Below, one piece after another: positions 10,886 through 19,970 of a DNA stretch of 64,000 bases. The stretch's first letter is position 1; every line of letters starts with the position of its first letter. A model generated the notes under the pieces. The model ran no database searches. It saw only the letters and a program-made list of their open reading frames with translations, and was not told the origin of the DNA. A program made the translations under genes and the position numbers. Origin of the DNA: Saccharolobus islandicus REY15A (lineage in GTDB: Archaea > Thermoproteota > Thermoprotei_A > Sulfolobales > Sulfolobaceae); NCBI RefSeq assembly GCF_000189555.1, contig NC_017276.1; one strand, 5' to 3'.

Positions 10886-11275
10886 TCATTTAATTTCTTC
10901 CAAAGACATTACATTTACAAATCCACTAACTTTTTTCCTCAATTTTTCATCTTCAGTGATTAACGGTAAACTTAAATTCCTTGCAAGCCAAACGTAAGAT
11001 GCATCGTAGAATGAGATTCTATTCTTAATACCAATCTTTTCAACTTCATTATATTTTAAGTCCTCTAAATTCATAGTTTCAAGGACTTTAAGTAAAAACT
11101 GATATAATTTCTCACCCTCATCTTCAGTAATCCTTTTAAATATTGTGACCTCTTTCCATATAACATTTCCTAACTCGAATTTTGATAGAATTGCAGTATA
11201 GTTTCCTCCTAGAATACTTAACTTATTAAATGAAAACGCTTTATAAATCGATGAGGAGTCAAATACGTAACTCAT
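10886..11275 (-). CDS. vapC: VapC PIN-domain toxin
   Basis: FDSS, ELGN, SFYDASY, LITEDEKL PIN motifs. Confidence 0.9.
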   Translation of the reverse strand: MSYVFDSSSIYKAFSFNKLSILGGNYTAILSKFELGNVIWKEVTIFKRITEDEGEKLYQFLLKVLETMNLEDLKYNEVEKIGIKNRISFYDASYVWLARNLSLPLITEDEKLRKKVSGFVNVMSLEEIK

Positions 11276-11502
11276 CTACTTTCCCTATCTTCTCTAATGC
11301 TCTTTACTACATTCTCAAACGGTATTTTCTTTAATATATCCGCAACTTCATTTATTCTTTCCTCTAATTCCTTAGCCTTAGCCTTCTTAACTTCATTTAT
11401 TAAAGCCTTTCTAATTACTTCAACTTCATTTATACCATACTTTTTTAATTCCCTTTCTAACTCCTCTGGAATTCGAACGGAAATTACTACGGTCTTTCCC
11501 AT
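11272..11502 (-). CDS. vapB: VapB-type antitoxin (ribbon-helix-helix)
   Basis: VISVRIPEEL RHH start; 4-nt overlap with vapC; C-terminal IREDRESR typical of Sulfolobus VapB. Confidence 0.85.
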   Translation of the reverse strand: MGKTVVISVRIPEELERELKKYGINEVEVIRKALINEVKKAKAKELEERINEVADILKKIPFENVVKSIREDRESR

Positions 11503-11627
11503 AATTTAAACTATATCTTTATTATTAAAAAGTTTACGATATGTATACTTACTATAAACTTAGGCTAACATAACTCCAAGACTCATCAAAACCCTAGACT
11601 TATTATCAAACTCCTTAAGTAACTCTT

Positions 11628-12855
11628 GAGAGTGTCCGGAATGTAAAAAACTGAATTTTAATTTTTGAGAATAAATTGATTCTTAGCATTATTTTGGATT
11701 AAATTGTAGTAATACTTAAGTTATGGGAGGAGAGAGTAGTACCATGGCACGTACACTAAGACGCATCCCAAACTTAGTGTACTATTCTCTCCCCCCAAGA
11801 GAGGATATGCCGTGGAGGGAAAAATGGTTAACGGATATCAAACCCGTGCTAGACACCCTAGATCTAGAAAGAGTTCTAGGAGAAGGCACTCTGATTTACC
11901 TGAAGTTACTAATCGTCATGGTACTCTACTCCTGTTCCTATAGAGACGCGGTAAAGATGGTCAACGTGAACGTCGTTGTGGCGTGGTTCGTTGGGAGGAA
12001 AGTGGGTAAGAGCACATTACACGATTTCGTGGGAAGAGTATACGAAGTGAGGAAGAAGTTGCTGGAAATTTCCTTCAAGCTTGAGGAGAAGTGCCTACCC
12101 AGTTACCTCCCTGCCAGTGCCCACTCCCTGGACTTCATTGCGTGGCTCGTTGACTCCTTCCTTCTAGACTTACCTTTTGGGAAGAGGAGCGTGGAGACCT
12201 TCCGAGAGAAGGCAGAGCTGGAGAAGAAGGAAGGTAACTTGAAGAAGGCCAAGAAGCTGCTCTCCTTGGGGAGAACTAAGAGGAGATTCAAGGGGAAGTG
12301 GACCAAGAAGAGGGGAGTCTCTCACTTCGGGCTGAAGGCCCTAATAGTTATCTCCACTTCCCTCTTCGTAAGGTCCATCACGGTGAAGCCTGCCAACTTC
12401 TCGGATAAGAGATTTAAGTCCCCGCTCAAGGGGATTAAGATAGCTGATAGGGGTTTCTCGCCCTCCCCAACCCAGCTCATAGCTATGGAGAAACCTTTCA
12501 CGACTCTGAGGGCCCACGTGGAGTTCTTCGGTACCTTCCTGTACAAGTTCTGGAGGCCCTATGGGACCACGGTGTGGAGGAACGAAGCCTTCCTCCACGT
12601 CCTGGGAGTCTTCTACAATATCAGGATGTTCCTAGCCGTCCAACGGAGAACCCCTCCAGGACGTCGAATAGTTCAACTCTAAGAAACGTCATCACGCACT
12701 CAAGCATCACCATGCATGACAAATAAATCTTCTTAACTTGATATTTTTCCATGATCAAGTTTTTCCAGATTAACCAGGTTTTATACTTCTGATAATATTA
12801 ATATTTATCATTCCATTTATATATTCATTCAGATAATTACATTCCGGACATTCTC
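11628..12855 (+). mobile_element. IS5-type element (ISC1234-like by size and TIR), 1228 bp
   Basis: 19-bp TIRs GAGAGTGTCCGGAATGTAA (11628-11646) and TTACATTCCGGACATTCTC (12837-12855), 1 mismatch; visibly GC-richer than the host; no TSD. Confidence 0.85.
11723..12682 (+). CDS. DDE transposase (intact)
   Basis: LVDSFLLD, ADRGF and VEFF DDE-type motifs; lies inside the TIRs. Confidence 0.88.
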   Translation: MGGESSTMARTLRRIPNLVYYSLPPREDMPWREKWLTDIKPVLDTLDLERVLGEGTLIYLKLLIVMVLYSCSYRDAVKMVNVNVVVAWFVGRKVGKSTLHDFVGRVYEVRKKLLEISFKLEEKCLPSYLPASAHSLDFIAWLVDSFLLDLPFGKRSVETFREKAELEKKEGNLKKAKKLLSLGRTKRRFKGKWTKKRGVSHFGLKALIVISTSLFVRSITVKPANFSDKRFKSPLKGIKIADRGFSPSPTQLIAMEKPFTTLRAHVEFFGTFLYKFWRPYGTTVWRNEAFLHVLGVFYNIRMFLAVQRRTPPGRRIVQL

Positions 12856-13370
12856 ACGAGTTTCCTTTTTCAGAGCTCCCGAGCCCTTTCACTGGTTTCC
12901 CATACCATGTCTTGGTTGTCCAGTCTATTGAGAGATCTATCTCATTCACTCCCTTTAATATCTCCAAGGATATTTTCCTAGCTCTTTCCAATAGCTTTTC
13001 AGTCACTTCCATCCCTTGTTTCTCTACGTAATTCCTCACGGTCTGTGGGGATACGTCATACGCTCTGGACTTGTTCTCTACTGAATCGTTCCACAAACAC
13101 GCGGAGATGAGAGTTTTCGCTACCTCCTCTACCTTTTCCCCTTGGAAGTTTAGCATGGAAAGTAATTTATATCCTATTTGTTGAATATTATTTTGGTGAG
13201 GGAGACCTGGTGTTACCATCTTCCTATGTCACGTGGTAATACGCCATCTCCCTCACCTTAAACCCTTTCTTCAATTGAATTCTTTATACTCTTATAAATT
13301 TCTTTATCTTTTATAAATTCGATATTATCCTACCAGAAATATTTTTTCTAATATGATTTTGGGTCTACCG
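12856..13370 (-). mobile_element. Truncated ISH3-family element (ISC1439/ISC1359-like), left end only
   Basis: ORF 12854..13219 (MVTPGLPHQNNIQQIGYKLLSML...SIDWTTKTWYGKP) is the N-terminus of a Sulfolobus ISH3 transposase; its TGA is created at the junction with the IS5-type TIR. Putative left end CGGTAGACCC at 13370. Confidence 0.75.
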
Positions 13371-13405
13371 TTACGGAAGGGGACTTTCGCCCCCTTAACC
13401 CCTAT
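13371..13405 (-). mobile_element. Possible IS200/IS605-family end hairpin remnant
   Basis: Hairpin AAGGGG-ACTTTCGC-CCCCTT (13377-13396) resembles Sulfolobus IS605-type subterminal structures; it sits exactly where the upstream gene is cut. Confidence 0.45.
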
Positions 13406-13640
13406 AAAGGTTAAACGCATCCTCACCTATTAATTGATCTTTCAACTTTTCAATGAGTGGAGCTAATGAGAATCCACCACCTCCAGTTTCACTATATCCA
13501 GTGACTCCCTTATCGGTAATTATTTCCACTAAAGTGAATACATTTCTTCCAAGGTGTTCACCAGCAACTCTTAACAATTTTCCCCTTATTGGGACAGCTA
13601 TACTCTTGACCTTAACGTCCTTAATTCTAATTTTAACCAC
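13395..13640 (-). pseudogene. Truncated enolase-superfamily gene, glucarate dehydratase (GudD)-like N-terminus
   Basis: 81 aa LLRVAGEH...TLVEIITDKGVTGYSETGGG matches the GudD capping domain; ends abruptly at the IS junction. Confidence 0.75.
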
Positions 13641-13935
13641 CTCTGATTTCCTTCTTTTTCGTTAAAGTATTAAAACATATCCTATAACTAGTATCTCTAT
13701 TGTGATGAAAAATAGTTTTAATATGCCAATATATAGGGATCTGATTATTACAAAGAGATTACGTAACTCCTAAGGATTTCAACTAGTATTAAGGATATTA
13801 CTGAACCTATGCATAAGCTTCCAATTAAACGTTAATGGCGTTAAACTGGTAATATATCCATCCATTTGAAGCTAAGCCATGAATACGTACGAGTTAGTAA
13901 TAATACTTAAATTTAATATTACGAATAGCTACTAG

Positions 13936-16587
13936 ATGTCAAAAATAATAGACCTTAGAGTTGAGTTCACGATAAATCCCCTTGGGCTAGACGAATCAAA
14001 ACCTAGATTTTCTTGGATCTTCATGCCAGCAACCAGAGGTAATTCACAAAAGGCATATAGAATTGTAGTAGGAAGTTTAAATAACATCACTAAAGATAGC
14101 GGTGACGTTTGGGATTCTGGAATTGTCGAATCTGACGATAATATCGTGGAATATAAAGGACTTCCATTAAAGAGCTACACTAGATACTACTGGAAAGTCA
14201 AGGTATGGGACAAGGAAGGTAAGGAATATTCAAGTGATATAGCGTGGTTTGAGGCTGGAGTAATTGAGCCAAAGGATTGGACATGGATAGGAGGAGGTCA
14301 ATTAATGAGAAAAGAGTTCGTCATTGACAAAGAGGTGGAAGAGGCTAGAGTATATATAAGTGGGTTGGGATACTACGAGTTGAGGATTAACGGAAATAGA
14401 GTAGGGGATAAAGCGTTAGACCCACCATGGAGTGAGTACACTAAGACAGTGTATTATAGCGTTTATGACGTTACTAAGCTAATTAGGAAAGGAGTTAACG
14501 CCACGGGCGTAATATTGGGGAGGGGAAGGTTTGGTCAAAGATTTGGAAGTGTAAAGTATTACGGTGAACCTAGAGCCACGGTCATGTTAAGGGTTAAACT
14601 TATTGATGGAAGTGTAGTGGAAATTAATACTGATGAAAACTGGAAGTGCCTTCAGAGTGGACCAATAATAAGTGATGATATATATCTTGGTTTTAGGTAC
14701 GATGCTAGACTTGAACTAAAGGGATGGGACTTACCGGGTTTCGATGATTCCTCTTGGATGTCTTGCTCTAAACTTCCTCCTATAGGTAAACTTAGATCAT
14801 CGGCAACAATACCAGCAACGAAAGTAATGGCTATTTTGAAACCTAGGGACCACTTAAATCCCGCTACCGGTATTCACGTCTTTGACTTCGGTCAGAACAT
14901 TACGGGATGGGTGAGGGTTAAGGTTAAAGGAGGTATTGAGGGTAGTGAAATAAGAGTTAGGTATGCAGAGCTTTTGAACCCTGATGGTACACTAAACACC
15001 CTTGACCTTAGAGGGGCTGAGTCAACAGATGTATTTATTTTAAGGGGTGAGGAGGTTGAGATTTTGGAGCCTAGGTTTACATTTCACGGTTTTAGATATG
15101 TGGAGATTACTGGATACCCGGGTACTCCGTCAATGGATGATGTTGAGGCAGAAGTCATTCACGCAGATCTAGAGCCCATAGGTTCCTTTGTCTCTTCAAA
15201 CAATCTGCTCAATAGCATTCATAGAATAACACTTTGGAGTCTTAAGGGGAACTTGATGAATGGAGTTGAAACTGATTGTCCACAGAGGGATGAGAGAATG
15301 GGTTGGCTTGGAGATGCTTGGTTATCCTCAGATTCAGCAGTACTTAACTTCAATATGATTAGGTATTACGAGAAGTTCATAAAGGATATCATTGAATCCC
15401 AAAAGGGAGATGGGTCGATATCAGATGTTGCACCTCCATACTGGGAAATCTACCCGGCTGATCCAGCCTGGGGTACTGCACTCATATACATACCTTGGGC
15501 ACTTTACGTATATTATAACGATAAGAGGATTCTGGAAAACAGCTATGACGCTATGAAGAAGTGGTGGAATTACTTAAATTCGATGACTAAGGACGGAATC
15601 TTATATTTCAATAAGTATGGTGACTGGGTTCCTCCTGGAAGAGTTAGGTCAGTTGAACATTGTCCACCAGAGATTATCTCAACGTGGATACTTTATAGGG
15701 ATACAAAACTTCTATCGAGGATAGCTAAGATACTTAAGAAAGATACTGAGGCTGAGTTGTTTGAGGAGAAAGCAAAGCAGATTCTTGAGGCTTTTAATAG
15801 GAATTTCTTGAGTGAGGTTTCTATGAGTCACTATTCTACTATGGGTTATTACTCTACATATACTTCACCAGATGGATCAAAGGTGAAATTCGGTGGGTCT
15901 CAAGCGTGTAACGCATTACCTCTAGTTGAGGATATGGTTCCCAAAGAGGCCTTAGAACAAGTTGTGAAATCCCTTGTTAAGAGTGTTGAGGTAGATTGGG
16001 ATAAGCATCTAAACGTAGGAATAATTGGGGCTAAATACGTTCCAGAGGCGTTGGCAAGGTATGGATATGTTGACCTTGCATATGACACTTTAACACAGGA
16101 AAGTTATCCCAGTTACGGCTATATGATCAAAGAAGGAGCTACGACACTTTGGGAGAGATGGGAAAAACTTACTAGAAGTGGTATGAATTCTCATAATCAT
16201 CATATGTTTGGAAGTGTGGATAATTGGCTTTACAAGTATGTTGCCGGCTTAGAGGTTTTAGAACCAAGCTTTAAGAAAGTTTTGATAAAGCCTTGGCTCT
16301 ATAAGAGGCTTAGTCACGCTTCAGCATCTGTGAGAAGTATTAGAGGGTTAGTTTCCGTTGAATGGGAGCTTAGGAATAGCGTATTCAAACTTAAAGCTAC
16401 GATACCTTCATTTGCTGAAATTCACTTACCTAAAATTAGTGAGAAGGTTGAAGTGCTAGAGAGCGGATCTATTATCAGTGAGAAAACTCCCGGAATACTC
16501 TCCATTAAGGAAGGATCTGATTGGATAATAGTTGAGGCTAGCTCTGGAAACTATGATTTCGAAGTGAGAAGTGTTAAAGGTAGATAG
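13936..16587 (+). CDS. GH78 alpha-L-rhamnosidase
   Basis: N-terminal PLGLDESKPRFSW, DFGQN.TGW, FTFHGFRYVEI, TDCPQRDERMGWLGD, GDW, GATTLWERWE, SHNHHMFG. Confidence 0.92.
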   Translation: MSKIIDLRVEFTINPLGLDESKPRFSWIFMPATRGNSQKAYRIVVGSLNNITKDSGDVWDSGIVESDDNIVEYKGLPLKSYTRYYWKVKVWDKEGKEYSSDIAWFEAGVIEPKDWTWIGGGQLMRKEFVIDKEVEEARVYISGLGYYELRINGNRVGDKALDPPWSEYTKTVYYSVYDVTKLIRKGVNATGVILGRGRFGQRFGSVKYYGEPRATVMLRVKLIDGSVVEINTDENWKCLQSGPIISDDIYLGFRYDARLELKGWDLPGFDDSSWMSCSKLPPIGKLRSSATIPATKVMAILKPRDHLNPATGIHVFDFGQNITGWVRVKVKGGIEGSEIRVRYAELLNPDGTLNTLDLRGAESTDVFILRGEEVEILEPRFTFHGFRYVEITGYPGTPSMDDVEAEVIHADLEPIGSFVSSNNLLNSIHRITLWSLKGNLMNGVETDCPQRDERMGWLGDAWLSSDSAVLNFNMIRYYEKFIKDIIESQKGDGSISDVAPPYWEIYPADPAWGTALIYIPWALYVYYNDKRILENSYDAMKKWWNYLNSMTKDGILYFNKYGDWVPPGRVRSVEHCPPEIISTWILYRDTKLLSRIAKILKKDTEAELFEEKAKQILEAFNRNFLSEVSMSHYSTMGYYSTYTSPDGSKVKFGGSQACNALPLVEDMVPKEALEQVVKSLVKSVEVDWDKHLNVGIIGAKYVPEALARYGYVDLAYDTLTQESYPSYGYMIKEGATTLWERWEKLTRSGMNSHNHHMFGSVDNWLYKYVAGLEVLEPSFKKVLIKPWLYKRLSHASASVRSIRGLVSVEWELRNSVFKLKATIPSFAEIHLPKISEKVEVLESGSIISEKTPGILSIKEGSDWIIVEASSGNYDFEVRSVKGR

Positions 16588-16656
16588 TCTTTTTATCTTG
16601 TTAAAAATCTTAACTATTGTTATTTAAAAGATAAAATATTTTTATAGATTTACTTA

Positions 16657-17594
16657 TCAAAATAATATCTTAGCTTTTGCGATATTTACATCCTTACAGC
16701 GTCTTATGATTGGTTTCATTATTGTTCCCTTAACGCTTATTGGAATAACGTTAAGTTTATTTCCCCTCAGCTTAACTTCGTCTATTAAACTTGAATGATC
16801 TTTCGTCAAGTAATATAATTCTAAAGTTGTGTCTTCCTTTGGTTCTATTAACATGCAAGTCTTATTGAGTACCGGTATAGGTGTACTTCCATTGATGATT
16901 TCTCATCCCAAGTATAGCTTAAATTAATGCCAGTAACTCCTTTTTTAACCACTTGCCACTCTTAATCCCAGTGGATGTACTCCATCCCCAAATCCACTCC
17001 TTATCCACATCTCCCCCCATCGATATCTAGTAGCACTGGTAAGTTAATCGATGGTTGAGGTGAATAAGCTATGGCATAAGGCTTTGAAGAACTAATAATA
17101 TCTACCTCATCCGTGAATAACGGTAAATGTAACTGGCATATCATTCACTTATCATGCAGCTCCACTCTCATATAATTTTATACTGAGTACGCAAGGTTTT
17201 TCCTCTACGCATTTATTTAGATCAACGAAATCAAGGGGAATCTCAACCATTTTTCCAAATCTACCAACGTTGGCTTTTAGGATACCCTTTATGACGGAGA
17301 AATAGCATATTCCTCCAGCGAACAGATCATCTGCCTCAAATCCAACCCACAGCATTAGGGAATCCTTATCGAAAATCCTTCTGGGCAATTTGGCTATAAG
17401 TTGATAATAGGCCATAAGTAAACGTTTCTTTTGACGTCAGTTAATAAGCTCTTTGGTTTGCCATATTTAGCATTCTTGAATTTTAGATATTCATACTCAT
17501 CCCAACTAAATTCCCAGTAGTCATTGGGGTTGAATCCCTCAAAAGTGTTCTCCTTACAGTAGTCTTCACTCTTCTCCAACAATAAAAACGTCAT
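16657..17594 (-). pseudogene. Multiply disrupted hypothetical gene (about 310 codons)
   Basis: ORFs 17394..17594, 17152..17415 and 16657..16854 join into one protein-like sequence through frameshifts and stops (TGA TAA near 17150; further lesions 16860-17100). Confidence 0.7.
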
Positions 17595-17745
17595 CCAATT
17601 TACGCCCGTTTAGTAAGGGTGCAAAATCTTAAGACCATACTATCAAATCTCCTTAAGTATTATAATAACATATACTTCTCTCATTAGAGAAGTGGAAGGT
17701 AAATACCACAAATCTTATATAATAGCTCATGAAGAAGCTATATAT

Positions 17746-19938
17746 ATGAGAATAGGGAATTTTAATGTGGAAATAGAATTTATCGCAGATAATATTGTCA
17801 GAGTTTTGTACTATTATGGAAGGGAAGCCGTAATAGATAATAGTCTAGTTGTATTACCGAACCTAGAGAAGCTAAGCATTAAAGGGGAAAGTACGAGTCC
17901 ATCTATAATCTCTTTGTCCAGTAAATCTCTCAGTGTAGAGATAAACACTTCTAACGGAGAGTTAATAATAAAGGACAACAAGGGGGGAATTGTTGTTAAG
18001 GAGAAGAGAAGGGATTTGAAATTTAACGAGGAGTTATCAACTTACAACGTTGAGCAAGAGTTTGAGTTGAGTGAGGGTGAAAGATTATATGGCTTGGGAC
18101 AACATGCAGGTGGAAATGGTTTAGGTCAATCCTCAGCCTACAAGTTAGACTATAATGGTCTTTCCATCACGTTGTCTCAGAGAAATACTGATATCGGCAT
18201 TCCATTCATGATTTCTAGTAAAGGTTATGGAATATTGTGGGATAACTATTCCCTAGGATCAATAAGTCTTAAGGGGAACGAATTGAGGGTTTGGTTTGAA
18301 GCTGGTAAAAAGATAGACTACTACGTAATTTTCGGTGACTTCATAGACGATGTGATAAAGGGTTATAGGAAGTTGACTGGAGATGCCCCTCTCTTACCTA
18401 AATGGGCTTATGGGTATTGGCAGAGTAAGGAAAGGTATAAGTCACAAGATGAGTTAGTAAGCGTAGTTAAGGAGTTTAGAGAAAGGAAGATACCCCTAGA
18501 TGTAATAGTGCTAGACTGGCGGTATTGGGGAAAATATGGGTGGAACGCTTTCAAATTTGATGAGATAGATTTTCCGAGACCTAAAGATATGGTCGAGGAA
18601 ATTCATAAAATGGGAGCTAAGTTGGCAATATCAATATGGCCCACTTTTGGGAAGGAGACTGAAGTGTTTAAGAATATGGAGAGTAAAGGGTGTATAATTC
18701 CGGGGACTACAGCAGTTAATCCCTTTAAGGAGGGATGTAGAGAGCTTTTCTGGAGTTACGTAAAGAGGTTTTACGATATAGGAATAGATGCCTATTGGTT
18801 AGATGCCTCAGAGCCCGAAACTGGACTAGGCTTAGTCTTCTTCTCCCCAATTCATGATGTGGATTTAGGAATTGGAAAAGGATATGAACATTTGAACGCT
18901 TATCCATTAATGGAAACTAAGGCTGTTTATGAGGGGCAAAGGAGAATTAGTGATAAAAGAGTTGCAATATTGACTAGATCTGCATTTGCCGGTCAACAGA
19001 GGTATTCAGCAATAAGTTGGTCTGGGGATGTATTAGGGGATTGGGCTACATTGAGGTCTCAAATCCCCGCTGGTCTTAACTTTTCAATTTCTGGCATACC
19101 CTACTGGACTACTGATACTGGTGGATTCTTCTCTGGAAATCCGGAAACTAAGGCTTATGCAGAGATTTTCGTTAGGTGGTTCCAGTGGAGCACTTTTTGC
19201 CCTATACTTAGAGTTCACGGTACAATATTTCCTAAGGAGCCGTGGAGATTTCCAAAGGAATATCAAGACGTTATCCTTAAGTATATAAGGCTTAGATACG
19301 AATTACTTCCTTACATTTACTCATTGGCATGGATGACGTATAGCAATGGATACACAATTATGAGACCACTAGTTATGGATTTTCGTAACGACAAAAACGT
19401 TTACGATCTTGATGAACAATACATGTTTGGTCCTTATATAATGGTATCTCCAGTAACATTGCCAAGTATTAGAGAAAAAGATGTTTACTTACCCTCTGAC
19501 GAGTATTGGTATGACTTCTGGACTGGTGAGAAGTTGGAAGGAGGAAGAACAACAGACGTTAAAGTTTCATTAGGTACAATACCCCTATTTGTGAGAGGTG
19601 GTGCCGTTCTACCATTATTGGGAAAAGATGTGAGTAATGCAATGGAGGACTGGGATGTACTTCATTTAAGGATATATCCAGGTAAAGATGGTTACTTCGA
19701 AATATACGATGACGATGGTGTTACGTATGATTACGAAAGGGGAAAGTACTTTATCGTACCTATCAGATGGGATGATAATAAACAAGAGCTCACCATAGGA
19801 AAGAAAAGAGGAGACCTAGAGATGAGGAAGAGAATCATGATAACTTGGGTTGAAAAAGGTAAGGGTATTGAGTACTCGAAGCCAGACGTGGAGGTAGAAT
19901 ATGATGGTAAGGAAAGTATTACGGTTAAAAGACATTAG
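17746..19938 (+). CDS. xylS: GH31 alpha-xylosidase
   Basis: MRIGNFNVEIEF start, GH31 WLDASEP nucleophile, WSGDV, RWFQW, PLVMDF. ATG at 17746 preferred over GTG at 17692. Confidence 0.93.
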   Translation: MRIGNFNVEIEFIADNIVRVLYYYGREAVIDNSLVVLPNLEKLSIKGESTSPSIISLSSKSLSVEINTSNGELIIKDNKGGIVVKEKRRDLKFNEELSTYNVEQEFELSEGERLYGLGQHAGGNGLGQSSAYKLDYNGLSITLSQRNTDIGIPFMISSKGYGILWDNYSLGSISLKGNELRVWFEAGKKIDYYVIFGDFIDDVIKGYRKLTGDAPLLPKWAYGYWQSKERYKSQDELVSVVKEFRERKIPLDVIVLDWRYWGKYGWNAFKFDEIDFPRPKDMVEEIHKMGAKLAISIWPTFGKETEVFKNMESKGCIIPGTTAVNPFKEGCRELFWSYVKRFYDIGIDAYWLDASEPETGLGLVFFSPIHDVDLGIGKGYEHLNAYPLMETKAVYEGQRRISDKRVAILTRSAFAGQQRYSAISWSGDVLGDWATLRSQIPAGLNFSISGIPYWTTDTGGFFSGNPETKAYAEIFVRWFQWSTFCPILRVHGTIFPKEPWRFPKEYQDVILKYIRLRYELLPYIYSLAWMTYSNGYTIMRPLVMDFRNDKNVYDLDEQYMFGPYIMVSPVTLPSIREKDVYLPSDEYWYDFWTGEKLEGGRTTDVKVSLGTIPLFVRGGAVLPLLGKDVSNAMEDWDVLHLRIYPGKDGYFEIYDDDGVTYDYERGKYFIVPIRWDDNKQELTIGKKRGDLEMRKRIMITWVEKGKGIEYSKPDVEVEYDGKESITVKRH

Positions 19939-19970
19939 TATTTTTATTTTATTATTCTTTTGTCTTAACA

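Noticed and set aside
11560-11627. Minus-strand tail ELLKEFDNKSRVLMSLGVMLA* abutting the IS5-type TIR
   Set aside because: May be the 3' end of a deleted transposase, but 21 codons are not enough to assign.
17692-17745. Longer ORF-track starts for xylS (17692), GH38 (39633), Gfo (37854) and thermosome (48528)
   Set aside because: The extensions run over promoter sequence or the opposite gene; downstream ATGs match the known N-termini or promoter spacing.
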